NCBI GenBank assembly: GCA_002269645.1
Contig: NIVC01000227.1
Span: 558,001 to 622,000 of the forward strand
From: Macrostomum lignano
Taxonomy: Eukaryota
Direction: 5' to 3'
DNA: 64,000 nt
The translations under genes were made by a program, and so were the position numbers. The notes beneath the pieces are model-generated. The model searched no databases. It was given only the letters and a program-made list of their open reading frames with translations, and had not been told where the DNA came from. Shown piece after piece: positions 49,163-62,386 of this stretch. The first letter of the stretch is position 1. Each line of letters opens with the position of its first letter.

Positions 49163-50303
49163 CGAGGGCCATGCTGAAAGTCTTTAGTCACTCAAAAACG
49201 GTAATGGCTGAAGCAGTCAAAATTTACACATTTTCTAAGTATTCTCCTGCGACCCGAATGCAAGAGGGAATTCACTCGAACCAATTCACGAAGCAATGTT
49301 GGAAGCTCTATTTTTCGAGACCCCGAACGCCATCCCCAGAGCCACCAAAGCATCCGAATCGGATTCGAACCTCCGCCCCCTGAACTGCTCTTTGACTTTT
49401 GGGAAGAGCCAGAAGTCACAGGGAGCAAGGTCTGCCAAATAGGATGAGTGCGTGACAAGATGGACCTTTTTGAGCGGCGAGAAAGTCCAGAGTTGCCGCT
49501 GCAGTGTTGACGGGGGTGCAGCAGAATCCCGCGGTTTCCGGTCCTGAGGCGCTGATTGTGGAGCTCCTGGAACACTTTAGGCAAGCAAACGGTGGTGCCC
49601 CAATCCGAGTTGACGGTCCGCCTCTCCATCAGTTGAACGACTGCAACAAGTCCACATTTTTTTCAAGAAAACAGCCACCATCCGTTTACCAGAGCTGCTG
49701 GGCCTCTGCACTTTGGCCGGAGGTTCTTCATCGGGAAGCTGTCCATAAACCGACTGCTGTTTGGTTTATGCGCCATAGTTAAGATTAAGATGTTCGCGGA
49801 CAAGCTTTTGCACCACTTCTTATCCAATGGCCAGGTGCTGCTCGACATCCCTCATGGTGATTCGAGTGTCCTCCTTGACCAGCTGTCGCAGGCGCTCCGC
49901 ATTCTTGAAAGTGGCTGCCTCCGCTGGACGTCCGGAGAGGGGTTCGTCTTCGAAGTCCTTCCTACCCCTCCTAAACTCACGAAACCAAAAACTAACTGCA
50001 GCTTCTGATGAACCATATATTGCCAAAGCACTTCCTGGGTGATTCGTGGCATTGCTTGTATGATGGATCCTTTTTTTAAATCGTAGAAAGTCATGGGCCG
50101 AAATGCTGACTTGGAGAAGCTCACTGGATCGATGAAAACAGGGGGTATCATAAATTGAGGGCTGCTAGCCATAAGAGTGTTTGACTATATACCATGCTAA
50201 CTGCTGTATAATTATGATAGATGTACTACTACGGACATGTGAAGTTTCAAGCTCAGAGCTCACGCGGTTCGGTCCTGACTAAAAACTTTCAGCACGCCCC
50301 TCG
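49163..50303 (-). mobile_element. Degenerate mariner element (1141 bp, internally deleted and frameshifted)
   Basis: TA TSDs. TIRs CGAGGGCCATGCTGAAAGTCTTTAGTCA and CGAGGGGCGTGCTGAAAGTTTTTAGTCA. Transposase fragments WFREFRRGRKDFEDEPLSGRP (HTH), GILLH and C-terminal LRKCVNFD. Confidence 0.88.
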
Positions 50304-50464
50304 TATTGTTACTCTACTTTTTCTTTGTGTCCTAGCTAGTGTATTATGCTGGTGTTGCTACTTTTTGTTTCAAACTGTAGATGTAGAAATATGATCATTT
50401 TTTGAGAATTGTCGCGCTCAATGTGCTTTAAGTACATTAAGAACATGTTCGTAACATTTTAGCT

Positions 50465-50940
50465 TGACTTGACTTAGCTGCAGGGGGCTCCGTGCATCCG
50501 GAAACAGCGAGGAGGCGTTGCCGCCCATATCGCTAACCCCTGGCGACCACGGGCAGCTAGTGCTGCGGTGTCGCGCAGGGAGTTCCGGTGGCGCCGGTGT
50601 CCGCAGCGCGGTCCCCCTCCGTAGAGTCCAGGAGGTGGATTGTCGCTCGCCCGGTAGCCCTTAGGTAGTAGACGAGCCGGCAGAGATTCTCGGGCCTGAA
50701 AACGTCGGAGAGGTCCGGGTTTGGGCCGAGGTAGGTGAGCCTGTCCTGAGTAAAGGCGGGGCATTCACAGATGAAGTGCTCCGCATTCTCGACACCGGAG
50801 ATGCAGAATGGGCATTCCTCACTGCGGATTTTTACCTGGAGGTGACGATGCCTGGCAAAGCAGCCATGACCCGAGAGGGCCATGGTCACCGCCCTGATGT
50901 CCCTGCGGTTGAGTCCTGATGTCCCTGAGGAAGGACAGGG
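50465..50940 (-). mobile_element. 5'-truncated non-LTR retrotransposon (LOA/R1/I-group-like) 3' end
   Basis: LSGHGCFARHRHL...CPFC...ENAEHFICECPAF...R...LG is the C-terminal CCHC knuckle of LINE ORF2. A short (AAGTC)n-like tail follows on the minus strand. Confidence 0.75.
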
Positions 50941-51676
50941 GACAGCCGCGCGGGATTTTAGCTTAATCAGTCGCTTAAAAATATGGCTATGAGCTCTTAT
51001 GAAGGCTTACGGCTGAGTACTCTTTAATTCACTTTATTTTTTGGCGACCTTTTAATCTTCGTTACTGGGAGCTCTCAAAAATTGCGAATGTTCTTCATGT
51101 GGGTCTTTGAAATACATTAAAACTGTTTACATTTGTGACGGAAGTGTTAAATATTATAAGTGTTATAAGGGTCTAATTTCCTATTTGCATCGTTGACCCT
51201 AGTGCATCTAGCTCGTAAATGGAAAGAACTTGCACGTGTATTTATTACTTTCTGTTTCTGAGCCAAATGCAACACCTTTAGGCAAACTAGTGAGATGATA
51301 TATTAAAAAATATCGGGATTCATCGTAACATCCCTTCTGTGACTCGTGCTGATGGTGCGTGCATATATTATCATTTTTTATTGTATCAAAATAAAAATTC
51401 CTTAAAAACCTTTTAACTTCTAGGGATCGCCGTTCCTAACCGCCGCGAACTTAATTACGCTTCTGCATCCGAGTTTGGCCACTGGATCGGTTGGCCGGAT
51501 GATGTTCCAGACGACTGCCCGCCTAATAGACTCACGGTTGCTCAACTGAAATGCCTTCAAAGTTCGATGGGTAATATCGCTTTTATCCCAAACAAAAAAG
51601 CACCGAGCAGGAAGCGCCATCGACCACCAACCAAAAACATTCCAACTGCTATTCGGTCTCCAAAAGACCACGACGC

Positions 51677-52571
51677 CACCGTTGGCCAGAGTTCATCCGC
51701 CGCGAGCGCCGTAGGCCACCGCATCACCGTTGGCCAGAGTTCATCCGCCGCGAGCGCCGTAGGCCACCGCATCATCGTTGGCCAGAGTTCATACGCCGCG
51801 AGCGCCGTAGGCCACCGCATCACCGTTGGCCAGAGTTCATCCGCCGTGGGCGCCGTAGGCCACCGCATCACCGTTGGCCAGAGTTCATCCGCCGCGAGCG
51901 CCGTAGGCCACCGCATCACCGTTGGCCAGAGTTCATCCGCCGCGAGCGCCGTAGGCCACCGCATCACCGTTGGCCAGAGTTCATCCGCCGTGGGCGCCGT
52001 AGGCCACCGCATCACCGTTGGCCAGAGTTCATCCGCCGCGAGCGCCGTAGGCCACCGCATCACCGTTGGCCAGAGTTCATCCGCCGCGAGCGCCGTAGGC
52101 CACCGCATCACCGTTGGCCAGAGTTCATCCGCCGCGAGCGCCGTAGGCCACCGCATCACCGTTGGCCAGAGTTCATCCGCCGCGAGCGCCGTAGGCCACC
52201 GCATCACCGTTGGCCAGAGTTCATCCGCCGCGAGCGCCGTAGGCCACCGCATCATCGTTGGCCAGAGTTCATCCGCCGCGAGCGCCGTAGGCCACCGCAT
52301 CACCGTTGGCCAGAGTTCATCCGCCGTGGGCGCCGTAGGCCACCGCATCACCGTTGGCCAGAGTTCATCCGCCGTGGGCGCCGTAGGCCACCGCATCACC
52401 GTTGGCCAGAGTTCATCCGCCGTGGGCGCCGTAGGCCACCGCATCACCGTTGGCCAGAGTTCATCCGCCGCGAGCGCCGTAGGCCACCGCATCACCGTTG
52501 GCCAGAGTTCATCCGCCGTGGGCGCCGTAGGCCACCGCATCACCGTTGGCCAGAGTTCATCCGCCGTGGGC
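51677..52571. repeat. 48-bp GC-rich minisatellite, ~18-19 copies
   Basis: Unit CACCGTTGGCCAGAGTTCATCCGCCGCGAGCGCCGTAGGCCACCGCAT with two alternating variants. Confidence 0.95.
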
Positions 52572-52725
52572 AGATTATAAAATAATAAAAAATGTTCTTA
52601 AGTGCTAGGGAACATTTAATCAAGACGCTGATAATATTTTATGCCATTCTTTGTTGTGGCTTTTTAACTTAGTATTAACCAGTCCAAAAAGACATTTGCA
52701 AAGCAGTAGCAATTTGACTCTTTTA

Positions 52726-53692
52726 CTTCGGGTGTGTCATAAGTAATGTCACTGATGTGAAAACAAACGAACTTGCAATCGCAGATGAACAAAACTGTAT
52801 TACTCAAAAACATAGAGTCCCCCAATATCAATCACCTTCTGGCAGTGCTCATACAGCTTGTCCACCTCAGCCTGCAGGTGTTTTTCCTCCAACTGCCATA
52901 ACCAGTGCAACGCGGCCTGTTTTACCTCTTCATGGTTTGCGAAACTCTTCTTGGAAAAGTCAGCCTTCAGCCATTTGAACAGGAATCTCTTGCAAAAGTT
53001 GAAGTCTGGGCTGTAGGGACTGTCAGCATATTCACTCGCCGTGCAGGCAGAAAATTCGAAACAGCCTTCAGGTGTGCAGCCGTGCGGTGTCCATCTGCCA
53101 CAGAACCTCGTCCAGGTGACATGGATTTGACCGGAGAGTGCACCAGAGGTCCCCAGTGTGCCGGAAAAAGTCGATAAAGTACTGGCCATTGACCTTGGTG
53201 TTCGGTGGAGTTGTGCAGATGGAGACTCGTTTGTTTGGCGTGAAGGCTACCAGCAGCATGGTCTTCTTGTCCAAGATGGACTTCCTAGTCACCATCGGCC
53301 TGGAGTCCCCAGCTCCCAGCCAGCAGCGATTATCTGCCTTGCTGCCCTTGCCATCCAGGTGGAGCCAGCTTTCATCCTCAGCAACCAGGCAGTTTAGGAT
53401 GTCATTCAAGCCCCGGCTGCTGAACACCTTGCGAATCTGCTTGGTGCAGGCGTCTTGTCGAGATTCATGGTGATTTTTGTTCGCTGCATGGACGATTTTT
53501 CATCGCGTTGCACTTGTTAAATCTGCTTGGCGTATTCTTGCGATAGCTTGGGCCATAAACAACCTATGCACGTCTCAAATGCACTGCTATTGCTTCACTA
53601 AGTATACTTTGCAGCTACACTACCCACAAGTCCATGTGCCTACATATTTTAGACAGAGGCCTGCAGTGACATTACTTATGACACACCCGAAG
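52726..53692 (-). mobile_element. Tc1/mariner relic nested in the left arm
   Basis: 29-bp TIR CTTCGGGTGTGTCATAAGTAATGTCACTG, TA TSDs. Transposase remnants VAEDESWLH, WQMDTARLH* and SPYSPDFNFCKRFLF; an internal stop is present and the third catalytic acid is replaced by K. Confidence 0.85.
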
Positions 53693-54852
53693 TACTCAAT
53701 TATAAGTTTTCGTACAGTGCAATTTTAACCAAAATATGTAAAAACATGTATTCTTTGTTCATACTTTCTTATATGTACGAGTTGTTGTATACGTAAAAGT
53801 TGTTTTTTCTGTAACAAAAAATGCTATATTATATTATTGAAGCTAACCAATCCGCCATAGTCCAGAAAGTGAAACTGGGTAAAAATTACGCCAACTGTCT
53901 TTTTTACAGGGCATTTATTTAGAACTAGTAGTGAATATGCTGCTGCAGACAATACTCATTTTTAGCTTTTGCTTTACAGCATGAGTACTTTCAAGCAAAC
54001 TGTTACAACTTTGTGAACGTTTGAATGCATTTTTATAACTGCTTTAGCACCTGGATAGCTTCCATTGTGAATATTTTCATTAGCGACGTGATTTTCTACT
54101 GCATTACAATCCAATTTTGTGGTAATGCTTATTGACCCCAGTTAAATATTCATAGAAGGCCATGTAATTAGGTAAACAAGCAGTCCCTCTCTATATATAA
54201 CGCGATTATGTTTACAAAGCTAACGTTTAACTGTCCTATCCACCTTACATTATACTACATTTTAATAACGCAGGAGTCTTTTACATATCTCTTCGTATAC
54301 GATAAAAAGATACAGATTGCTATTTATTAAAGAGAATTCTACTTTGAACACAAAGGAAATGTGTTTTCTGATCAGATCTCTGTTTGAGGTCCTAGGCTGG
54401 TCTTTAAGGACTAATACCGCACTGTCTGCGGTTACAGGAAAAATTTCTACTATATTAAAGAGTTTGTCTCCAAAAACTTACCTAAGCTGCTAATACGGTC
54501 TTTGTAAGTCAACTTGCATTCTCCCAGGTAACAATCGTAACAATATGTAACATTACGTAACAATAACGATAACTCTGTATCGTAACAATATGTAGCATCC
54601 ATTAGTCTTCAATATAAATATATAATATAATATCAATATCAATATAAAATAAACTTATTGTGCTCCGAAGTAGGCATTCAATCAGAGTGCCGCAACTGTG
54701 CAGAAAACTAATGCATTTTAATAACTGCAGTGACGCTCTTTAACATTTTGGATTATTTTTCTTATTATGGTATAGGGAAAAAAGCGGAAAGTGAATTTTC
54801 ACCAAATTTCATGACCGGGGAAGAAGATAATTCGCTAGTCTTCACGTGGGAG

Positions 54853-55540
54853 ATTTGCCAACTGTTACACGGGGGGCATGGGGAGAGATGAATATTCGCC
54901 AACTGTTACACGGGGGGCATGGGGAGAGATGAATATTCGCCAACTGTTACACGGGGGCATGGGGAGAGATGAATATTCGCCAACTGTTACACGGGGGCAT
55001 GGGGAGAGATGAATATTCGCCAACTGTTACACGGGGGCATGGGGAGAGATGAATATTCGCCAACTGTTACACGGGGGCATGGGGAGAGATGAATATTCGC
55101 CAACTGTTACACGGGGGCATGGGGAGAGATGAATATTCGCCAACTGTTACACGGGGCATGGGGAGAGATGAATATTCGCCAACTGTTACACGGGGGCATG
55201 GGGAGAGATGAATATTCGCCAACTGTTACACGGGGGCATGGGGAGAGATGAATATTCGCCAACTGTTACACGGGGGGCATGGGGAGAGATGAATATTCGC
55301 CAACTGTTACACGGGGGCATGGGGAGAGATGAATATTCGCTAACTGTTACACGGGGGCATACGGAGAGATGAATATTCGCCAACTGTTACACGGGGGCAT
55401 GGGGAGAGATGAATATTCGCCAACTGTTACACGGGGGGCATGGGGAGAGATGAATATTCGCCAACTGTTACACGGGGGCATGGGGAGAGATGAATATTCG
55501 CCAACTGTTACACGGGAAGAGATGAATATTCGCCAACTGT
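54853..55540. repeat. 40-bp minisatellite (CATGGGGAGAGATGAATATTCGCCAACTGTTACACGGGGG), inner end of the left arm, ~17 copies
   Basis: 40-bp period, G-run length variants. Confidence 0.93.
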
Positions 55541-56721
55541 TATGGCGGACAGATGGCGTTGTTAATATTCGTTGTTGTGCTTGTTACGCTCTTGCTGCTT
55601 TTGCTGTACTTCGGCTTTTTTGGTGTTGGCTGAGTCAACTAGGTTCAGAGTCAACATAGACAGGTCAGCTTGCCGGTTTCCCTTTGGCCCCTTCGTGCTC
55701 TTTCGCAGCCTTTCCCTGTTTTTTTCTGGTGGGGTGATTGGTTTGTGCTACGGCGCTAACCAGCGTTTGTGAACGCTGCCCACCCCCCTTGCATACCAGT
55801 ATGTTTGCATCTCCCCCCGCCGGCACTCACCCCTCCTCCTTGTGGGGTTGGGGGGCCGGGGGGGGGGGTTATGTCGTGTTTCGGGGCAGTTATCTCACTG
55901 CCCTGGTTGAAATTTTTCTCTCGTTCGTGTTGCTTTTATTTACCTTTTTTTTAAATTTACTACGAGCTATTAAGATTCGTAGAATATTGCCTGACGAATA
56001 AACAGGTCAGCTTGCTGGTTTCCCTCTGGCCCCTTCGTGCTCATTCGCAGCCTAACTTCGCTTGTTTGTTTATTTCTGGTGGGGTGGGCAGTGTGCACCA
56101 ATGCTATACTATGCTAATGCTACAATTGCTATACACTCAGGGACCTACCATACTTAACAATAACACCAGGCCTCCATGTACAGCAGCTTATAGGACGCAC
56201 ACGTCGGTATAGTTCAATCCGTCTAGACAAATTAATGTCCTAATTAATATTCGTCACACCCTCTTCCCAGTGTTAATTTCTTATTTTTAATTGGATGCGT
56301 ACATGTATATTGGAAAGAGCCCTAAAAGTAATATGTTTTATAAATTCGTATGTAGGTAGGTACATTCCACACGGTAAGCTCAAACATGTATATGTAATTA
56401 CTTGTAGTGTAACATGCACGTAAATTCTACCTTCGGATGTCTTGCATGCTGTCCGCCCAGATAGTATAAGTAATTTCTGATCTCCCCCCCCCCCGGATAT
56501 TGCAAGCATCCGGTCCGGATATCAAGCTGCTTTACGTTCTCCGGGGTACTTCCAGTATCCCCCTGGAAGTCAGAAGCAGGTTGAAGTTGCTTGCAAAGTT
56601 TGCCTTGTGATATCCGGATTGTGATGTCCGGGTCAAGAAACGACAATGTACGAGTATAAAAAATGACATTTGGCGAATTTCATCTCTCGGCCCCATCCCC
56701 CTTTGTAAAAACATTAGGCGA

Positions 56722-56965
56722 TTATTCATCCCTCCCCATGCCCCCCGTGTAACAGTTGGCGATTATTCATCTCTCCCCATGCCCCCGTGTAACAGTTGGC
56801 GAATATTCATCTCTCCCCATGCCCCCCGTGTAACAGTTGGCGAATATTCATCTCTCCCCATGCCCCCCGTGTAACAGTTGGCGAATATTCATCTCTCCCC
56901 ATGCCCCCCGTGTAACAGTTGGCGAATATTCATCTCTCCCCATGCCCCCCGTGTAACAGTTGGCA
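56722..56965. repeat. Same 40-bp minisatellite, inverted, ~6 copies, inner end of the right arm
   Basis: Reverse complement of the 54853-55540 unit. Confidence 0.93.
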
Positions 56966-58128
56966 AATCTCCCACGTGAAGACTAGCGAATTATCTTCTT
57001 CCCCGGTCATGAAATTTGGTGAAAATTCACTTTCCGCTTTTTTCCCTATACCATAATAAGAAAAATAATCCAAAATGTTAAAGAGCGTCACTGCAGTTAT
57101 TAAAATGCATTAGTTTTCTGCACAGTTGCGGCACTCTGATTGAATGCCTACTTCGGAGCACAATAAGTTTATTTTATATTGATATTGATATTATATTATA
57201 TATTTATATTGAAGACTAATGGATGCTACATATTGTTACGATACAGAGTTATCGTTATTGTTACGTAATGTTACATATTGTTACGATTGTTACCTGGGAG
57301 AATGCAAGTTGACTTACAAAGACCGTATTAGCAGCTTAGGTAAGTTTTTGGAGACAAACTCTTTAATATAGTAGAAATTTTTCCTGTAACCGCAGACAGT
57401 GCGGTATTAGTCCTTAAAGACCAGCCTAGGACCTCAAACAGAGATCTGATCAGAAAACACATTTCCTTTGTGTTCAAAGTAGAATTCTCTTTAATAAATA
57501 GCAATCTGTATCTTTTTATCGTATACGAAGAGATATGTAAAAGACTCCTGCGTTATTAAAATGTAGTATAATGTAAGGTGGATAGGACAGTTAAACGTTA
57601 GCTTTGTAAACATAATCGCGTTATATATAGAGAGGGACTGCTTGTTTACCTAATTACATGGCCTTCTATGAATATTTAACTGGGGTCAATAAGCATTACC
57701 ACAAAATTGGATTGTAATGCAGTAGAAAATCACGTCGCTAATGAAAATATTCACAATGGAAGCTATCCAGGTGCTAAAGCAGTTATAAAAATGCATTCAA
57801 ACGTTCACAAAGTTGTAACAGTTTGCTTGAAAGTACTCATGCTGTAAAGCAAAAGCTAAAAATGAGTATTGTCTGCAGCAGCATATTCACTACTAGTTCT
57901 AAATAAATGCCCTGTAAAAAAGACAGTTGGCGTAATTTTTACCCAGTTTCACTTTCTGGACTATGGCGGATTGGTTAGCTTCAATAATATAATATAGCAT
58001 TTTTTGTTACAGAAAAAACAACTTTTACGTATACAACAACTCGTACATATAAGAAAGTATGAACAAAGAATACATGTTTTTACATATTTTGGTTAAAATT
58101 GCACTGTACGAAAACTTATAATTGAGTA

Positions 58129-59097
58129 CTTCGGGTGTGTCATAAGTAATGTCACTGCAGGCCTCTGTCTAAAATATGTAGGCACATGGACTTGTGGGTA
58201 GTGTAGCTGCAAAGTATACTTAGTGAAGCAATAGCAGTGCATTTGAGACGTGCATAGGTTGTTTATGGCCCAAGCTATCGCAAGAATACGCCAAGCAGAT
58301 TTAACAAGTGCAACGCGATGAAAAATCGTCCATGCAGCGAACAAAAATCACCATGAATCTCGACAAGACGCCTGCACCAAGCAGATTCGCAAGGTGTTCA
58401 GCAGCCGGGGCTTGAATGACATCCTAAACTGCCTGGTTGCTGAGGATGAAAGCTGGCTCCACCTGGATGGCAAGGGCAGCAAGGCAGATAATCGCTGCTG
58501 GCTGGGAGCTGGGGACTCCAGGCCGATGGTGACTAGGAAGTCCATCTTGGACAAGAAGACCATGCTGCTGGTAGCCTTCACGCCAAACAAACGAGTCTCC
58601 ATCTGCACAACTCCACCGAACACCAAGGTCAATGGCCAGTACTTTATCGACTTTTTCCGGCACACTGGGGACCTCTGGTGCACTCTCCGGTCAAATCCAT
58701 GTCACCTGGACGAGGTTCTGTGGCAGATGGACACCGCACGGCTGCACACCTGAAGGCTGTTTCGAATTTTCTGCCTGCACGGCGAGTGAATATGCTCTGA
58801 CAGTACCTAGAGCCCAGACTTCAACTTTTGCAAGAGATTCCTGTTCAAATGGCTGAAGGCTGACTTTTCCAAGAAGAGTTTCGCAAACCATGAAGAGGTA
58901 AAACAGGCCGCGTTGCACTGGTTATGGCAGTTGGAGGAAAAACACCTGCAGGCTGAGGTGGACAAGCTGTATGAGCACTGCCAGAAGGTGATTGATATTG
59001 GGGGACTCTATGTTTTTGAGTAATACAGTTTTGTTCATCTGCGATTGCAAGTTCGTTTGTTTTCACATCAGTGACATTACTTATGACACACCCGAAG
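58129..59097 (+). mobile_element. Mirror copy of the nested Tc1/mariner relic in the right arm
   Basis: Same TIRs, TA TSDs and the same lesions at the mirror position. Confidence 0.85.
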
Positions 59098-59429
59098 TAA
59101 AAGAGTCAAATTGCTACTGCTTTGCAAATGTCTTTTTGGACTGGTTAATACTAAGTTAAAAAGCCACAACAAAGAATGGCATAAAATATTATCAGCGTCT
59201 TGATTAAATGTTCCCTAGCACTTAACAATGCTGCATGGGTACATATCCTTGTAAATTTCAATCTATTGGACAATTTATTTTACACTTAATTTATTTCTTG
59301 CCAGTAAAGTTGGTAATAAATTCAAATAATAAAGTCGTCTTTTTAATTCGAAATTTAAGATACGGAACTCTAAACTAAACGACATTAAATTAAAAAGTAG
59401 AGTGGCGACTCTGGCTAGTTATAATTGCT

Positions 59430-60058
59430 TTAATCCGAATTCGTGCTTTCGGTCTCCGATTTGTCATGATCAGAATTCATGCTAGGGAAATCGGCAAGAA
59501 TCCGATCGATTACGGGCGCTTCTGACGGAAACAAGCATCCATGCTGCTTTAAAAGTTGCCTTAAAGTATGTCGCCGAGCTTCGTCTACAGATCGTAGGCA
59601 GCTTTCGAAATTGTCGAACCTCTCGAAATTAAGCCACCACTCCATCCACTTCGTCACTCGTCGAACTTCTTCGGAGCAAAGATCTTCTTCCTCTTGAAGC
59701 CTCTGTTGGAGATTACGGTGTTTAATGGCCTGGATCGCGTGGCATACATCCGAAGGCAGCTCGTTAAAAGCAGACGAACTCGGGTACCTAACGCTTTCAA
59801 AGTCGAGTGGTGCTTCGAGATGGTCCTGGTTGTAGTTTTTTACATGTGTCTTGCTGCTGGCCAAGCTTTTGTTAATTACATTTCTCAGATGAGCTGCCAT
59901 TTTTTGTCCCCTCGAGGTTAGCAGATAGCGCGAGAGAAACTCTCGATCGCAAGCTTGCACGTGCAAAAATTTTATCGTCGCCTCCTTATCGCGTGTTCGT
60001 TGCCGGGATGCAGCTTGGTTTGCTTCGTATATTTCGAGAATACGCTCGGCTTCGTCAT
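59430..60058 (-). CDS. KDZ/Zisupton-family transposase, last exon (helical C-terminal region)
   Basis: Acceptor TTCTATGTAG|AT (phase 1). 629 nt = 2 + 209 codons, continuous with ORF 59430-59966. ...RGQKMAAHL...RLQEEEDLCSEEVRRVTKW resembles the KDZ C-terminal pattern. Confidence 0.65.
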
Positions 60059-60333
60059 CTACATAGAAAATGCAAGGGTTTCATCAGTCACTTAAATGCA
60101 CATAGCTGACAATAAAAAACTAACCAAAAAAGGCGAGACGAATCGCTGCTTCTTAAAAAGGGGAGCAGCAAAAGGAAAAATAGGAAGCAAAAGAAAAAAT
60201 GAAAATACCTATTTTGGTCGCATCGCCAGACGCGCCTTCTAGGTAGCGCAGAGTCTTCGCTTGGAGCCGTTGACGCTCTATCAGCCAGAGTCCTAGAACG
60301 AAATAATTTTTTTTCAATAAAATACTAAATTAC

Positions 60334-60734
60334 CGACATAGAAATGCAGAGATTGCAGGGAAGTTGCGACTTGCTTACCAATTTTGAATACAAGAGCTAA
60401 GTTACGGCTACTGCAGACAAAGTTCAGGAAGTCCTGGCGATTTCTCTTCGTCATCTCTTTAGTTTGCTTCGTTATCGGGCGCAACTCTGACCAGAATCGT
60501 TCAACAGCCTCGCCATCAGTTAACCCGGCACCTTCGGTGGCGCGGATCCCGGACTTCAATTGGCAGGCAGCTGTGTGACCGTAGGCGTGAAATGCAGGCA
60601 CAGCAAACCGAAGTCGCTCGTCTTGGTGAAAGTGGCTCGATAGCTTACAAGCCACATCGTAGCTGATGATGGCTTTGCAGCTCGATGGAAGCCCACTTAA
60701 GAAGTTATGGACCATCGACTTCGCATAATTAAGT
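60334..60734 (-). CDS. KDZ/Zisupton-family transposase, catalytic exon
   Basis: IISYDVACKL...FAVPAFHAYGHTAACQ...GAGLTDGEAVERFWSEL...TKEM...R are diagnostic KDZ motifs. Acceptor CCTTTTAG|A (phase 2), donor GTC G|GTAATT (phase 1). Confidence 0.85.
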
Positions 60735-61819
60735 CTAAAAGGGAAAGACGTTGTAAATAGAGCTAGTGTCAGAAAGCAACTTAATAACCAATAAAGGGGA
60801 GAGAGAGAGAAATGCATCCAAGTTTACGAAGACTAATGATTGCATGGTATGCTTTACATTTACCCCGTTCATATCTCATCTTCACATCTACAAATTAAAT
60901 AGTCTGGATAAGTCATGCATCATTCAACAGCAAATATTACTCCTGCTTTTTATTTAGACAAAAACTTTCTGCATGCATAGCACTGTCATGCGAAGCATGT
61001 ATAATGTAAGGATTAATCATTTCGTCTGACAATTTACCCCGACTGGATTCCATATGATTCAGATATGCTGCGACTAGATAGAAGAAATGGTTCTGCTTTT
61101 AGGAAATTTATTTAATTTACGATTATTTTTGGCAGTTGCAACCAACGCCAAGTCACGTGCAAGATGAATATCTTGAATTTAGTCTTATTAAGGAAATAAA
61201 GAGACCCACTATTTTGAAACGAGTAATTTTGAGACGAGTCTCCAAGCCCTTTGACTTAAGTGATGAAATTAATTTTAGAAGGCTGAATTTTAGGGATATA
61301 ACAAGAAGCATTATTATTGAATACTAAGGACGCATACAAGGGACAAAAGGTTAAGTGTTAATTAATTTAACACATACTATATTGAAAACAACGCCCTGTA
61401 AAGAGCAGCAGGGTCATCAAAATGTCTGTTGTCATGAAAATGAGCTTTAGAGCGCATAATTCGGTTAAGCAAAAATTATGATGTACTATAGCCAGCTGTA
61501 CCGGTGCAGTACAGGAGTAAATTTCTGCAACGGAGGATGAAACATATTATACCTTATTTTTTAACGTTGGCTGCTAGGTTATGCCTATAATATGCAGCAG
61601 TTAAGTGCTGTTATCATTAACTTTAAGCTGCCGGATGGTCAGCAGAGCCAAGGAGCTCTATAAGAAGCAACCTGGAGTGGAAGCGAGTTACGTCTCATGA
61701 GGCCAGACTAGCATAGACAGAATCAGACAGAGCCATAGACATTCAGTGCTGGCTGCTTGTCTTTACAATTGGCGTGGCCTCATGTGGTAAAACTCGCTTC
61801 CACTCCAGGCTGCTAAGTA

Positions 61820-62072
61820 TAGAACTCCTTGGCAGAGCTGACGATGGACCAACAGCATTTACTGCTGCTGTAATTTTTGAGTCTATGGTAAAAAAAAGTT
61901 TTGTGCCGTTCCCACAGAACGCCGTTCCTGCCGACATGGTCAGCAACGCTGATAATACGAAAAATGGGTGAAAGAAGTCCTACTTATCTGCAATGAAATG
62001 CAGCGACTCGGTTTCAGCATTCTCTGTGATGACATCATCAGTTTCAGAATCCGATGTATGCAAAATGTCCAT
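61820..62072 (-). pseudogene. Possible MADF/Myb-SANT-like fragment inside the KDZ intron
   Basis: VADHVGRNGVLWERHKTFFYHRLKNYSSSKCCWSIVS has the L-W...Y...K...W-x-x-I spacing of MADF domains. Ends in a premature stop; may join an acidic N-terminal piece via a 35-nt GT-AG intron. Confidence 0.3.
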
Positions 62073-62386
62073 GGTTGTAGCTGATTTACTTTTCAATAAA
62101 ATGATGCACTACTCGTATTAAGGAGGTGCAGTGCTTTCTCTTTCAAAAAGGCCTGTTTGCAGATTTTAAAGTGAACTGTAGAGTCTATAGCTACATATCG
62201 AGTGTACACACTGCATAATCTATTTAGAGAGCATTAAGTGAAATGCACTTTGAAACTGTTTTTCGACCTTAGATTTGCCCAAGCCAAGTATAAAATGCTC
62301 CCTTCTCGGCTAGAAAGGCTTTGCACAGGGGCGCATTAAGATTCTAGCTATAGTCTATGGCCAGCCCAACTGACCATGTCGGCAGG

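Larger units (their letters stand above)
52602..59221. mobile_element. 6.6-kb fold-back element: ~2.25-kb inverted arms plus inverted 40-bp arrays around a ~1.2-kb non-coding core, flanked by TTAA
   Basis: TTAA|GTGCTAGGGAAC at 52598-52601 and GTTCCCTAGCAC|TTAA at 59222-59225. 52602-54852 is the reverse complement of 56966-59221. Identity stops at TTAA. Confidence 0.85.
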
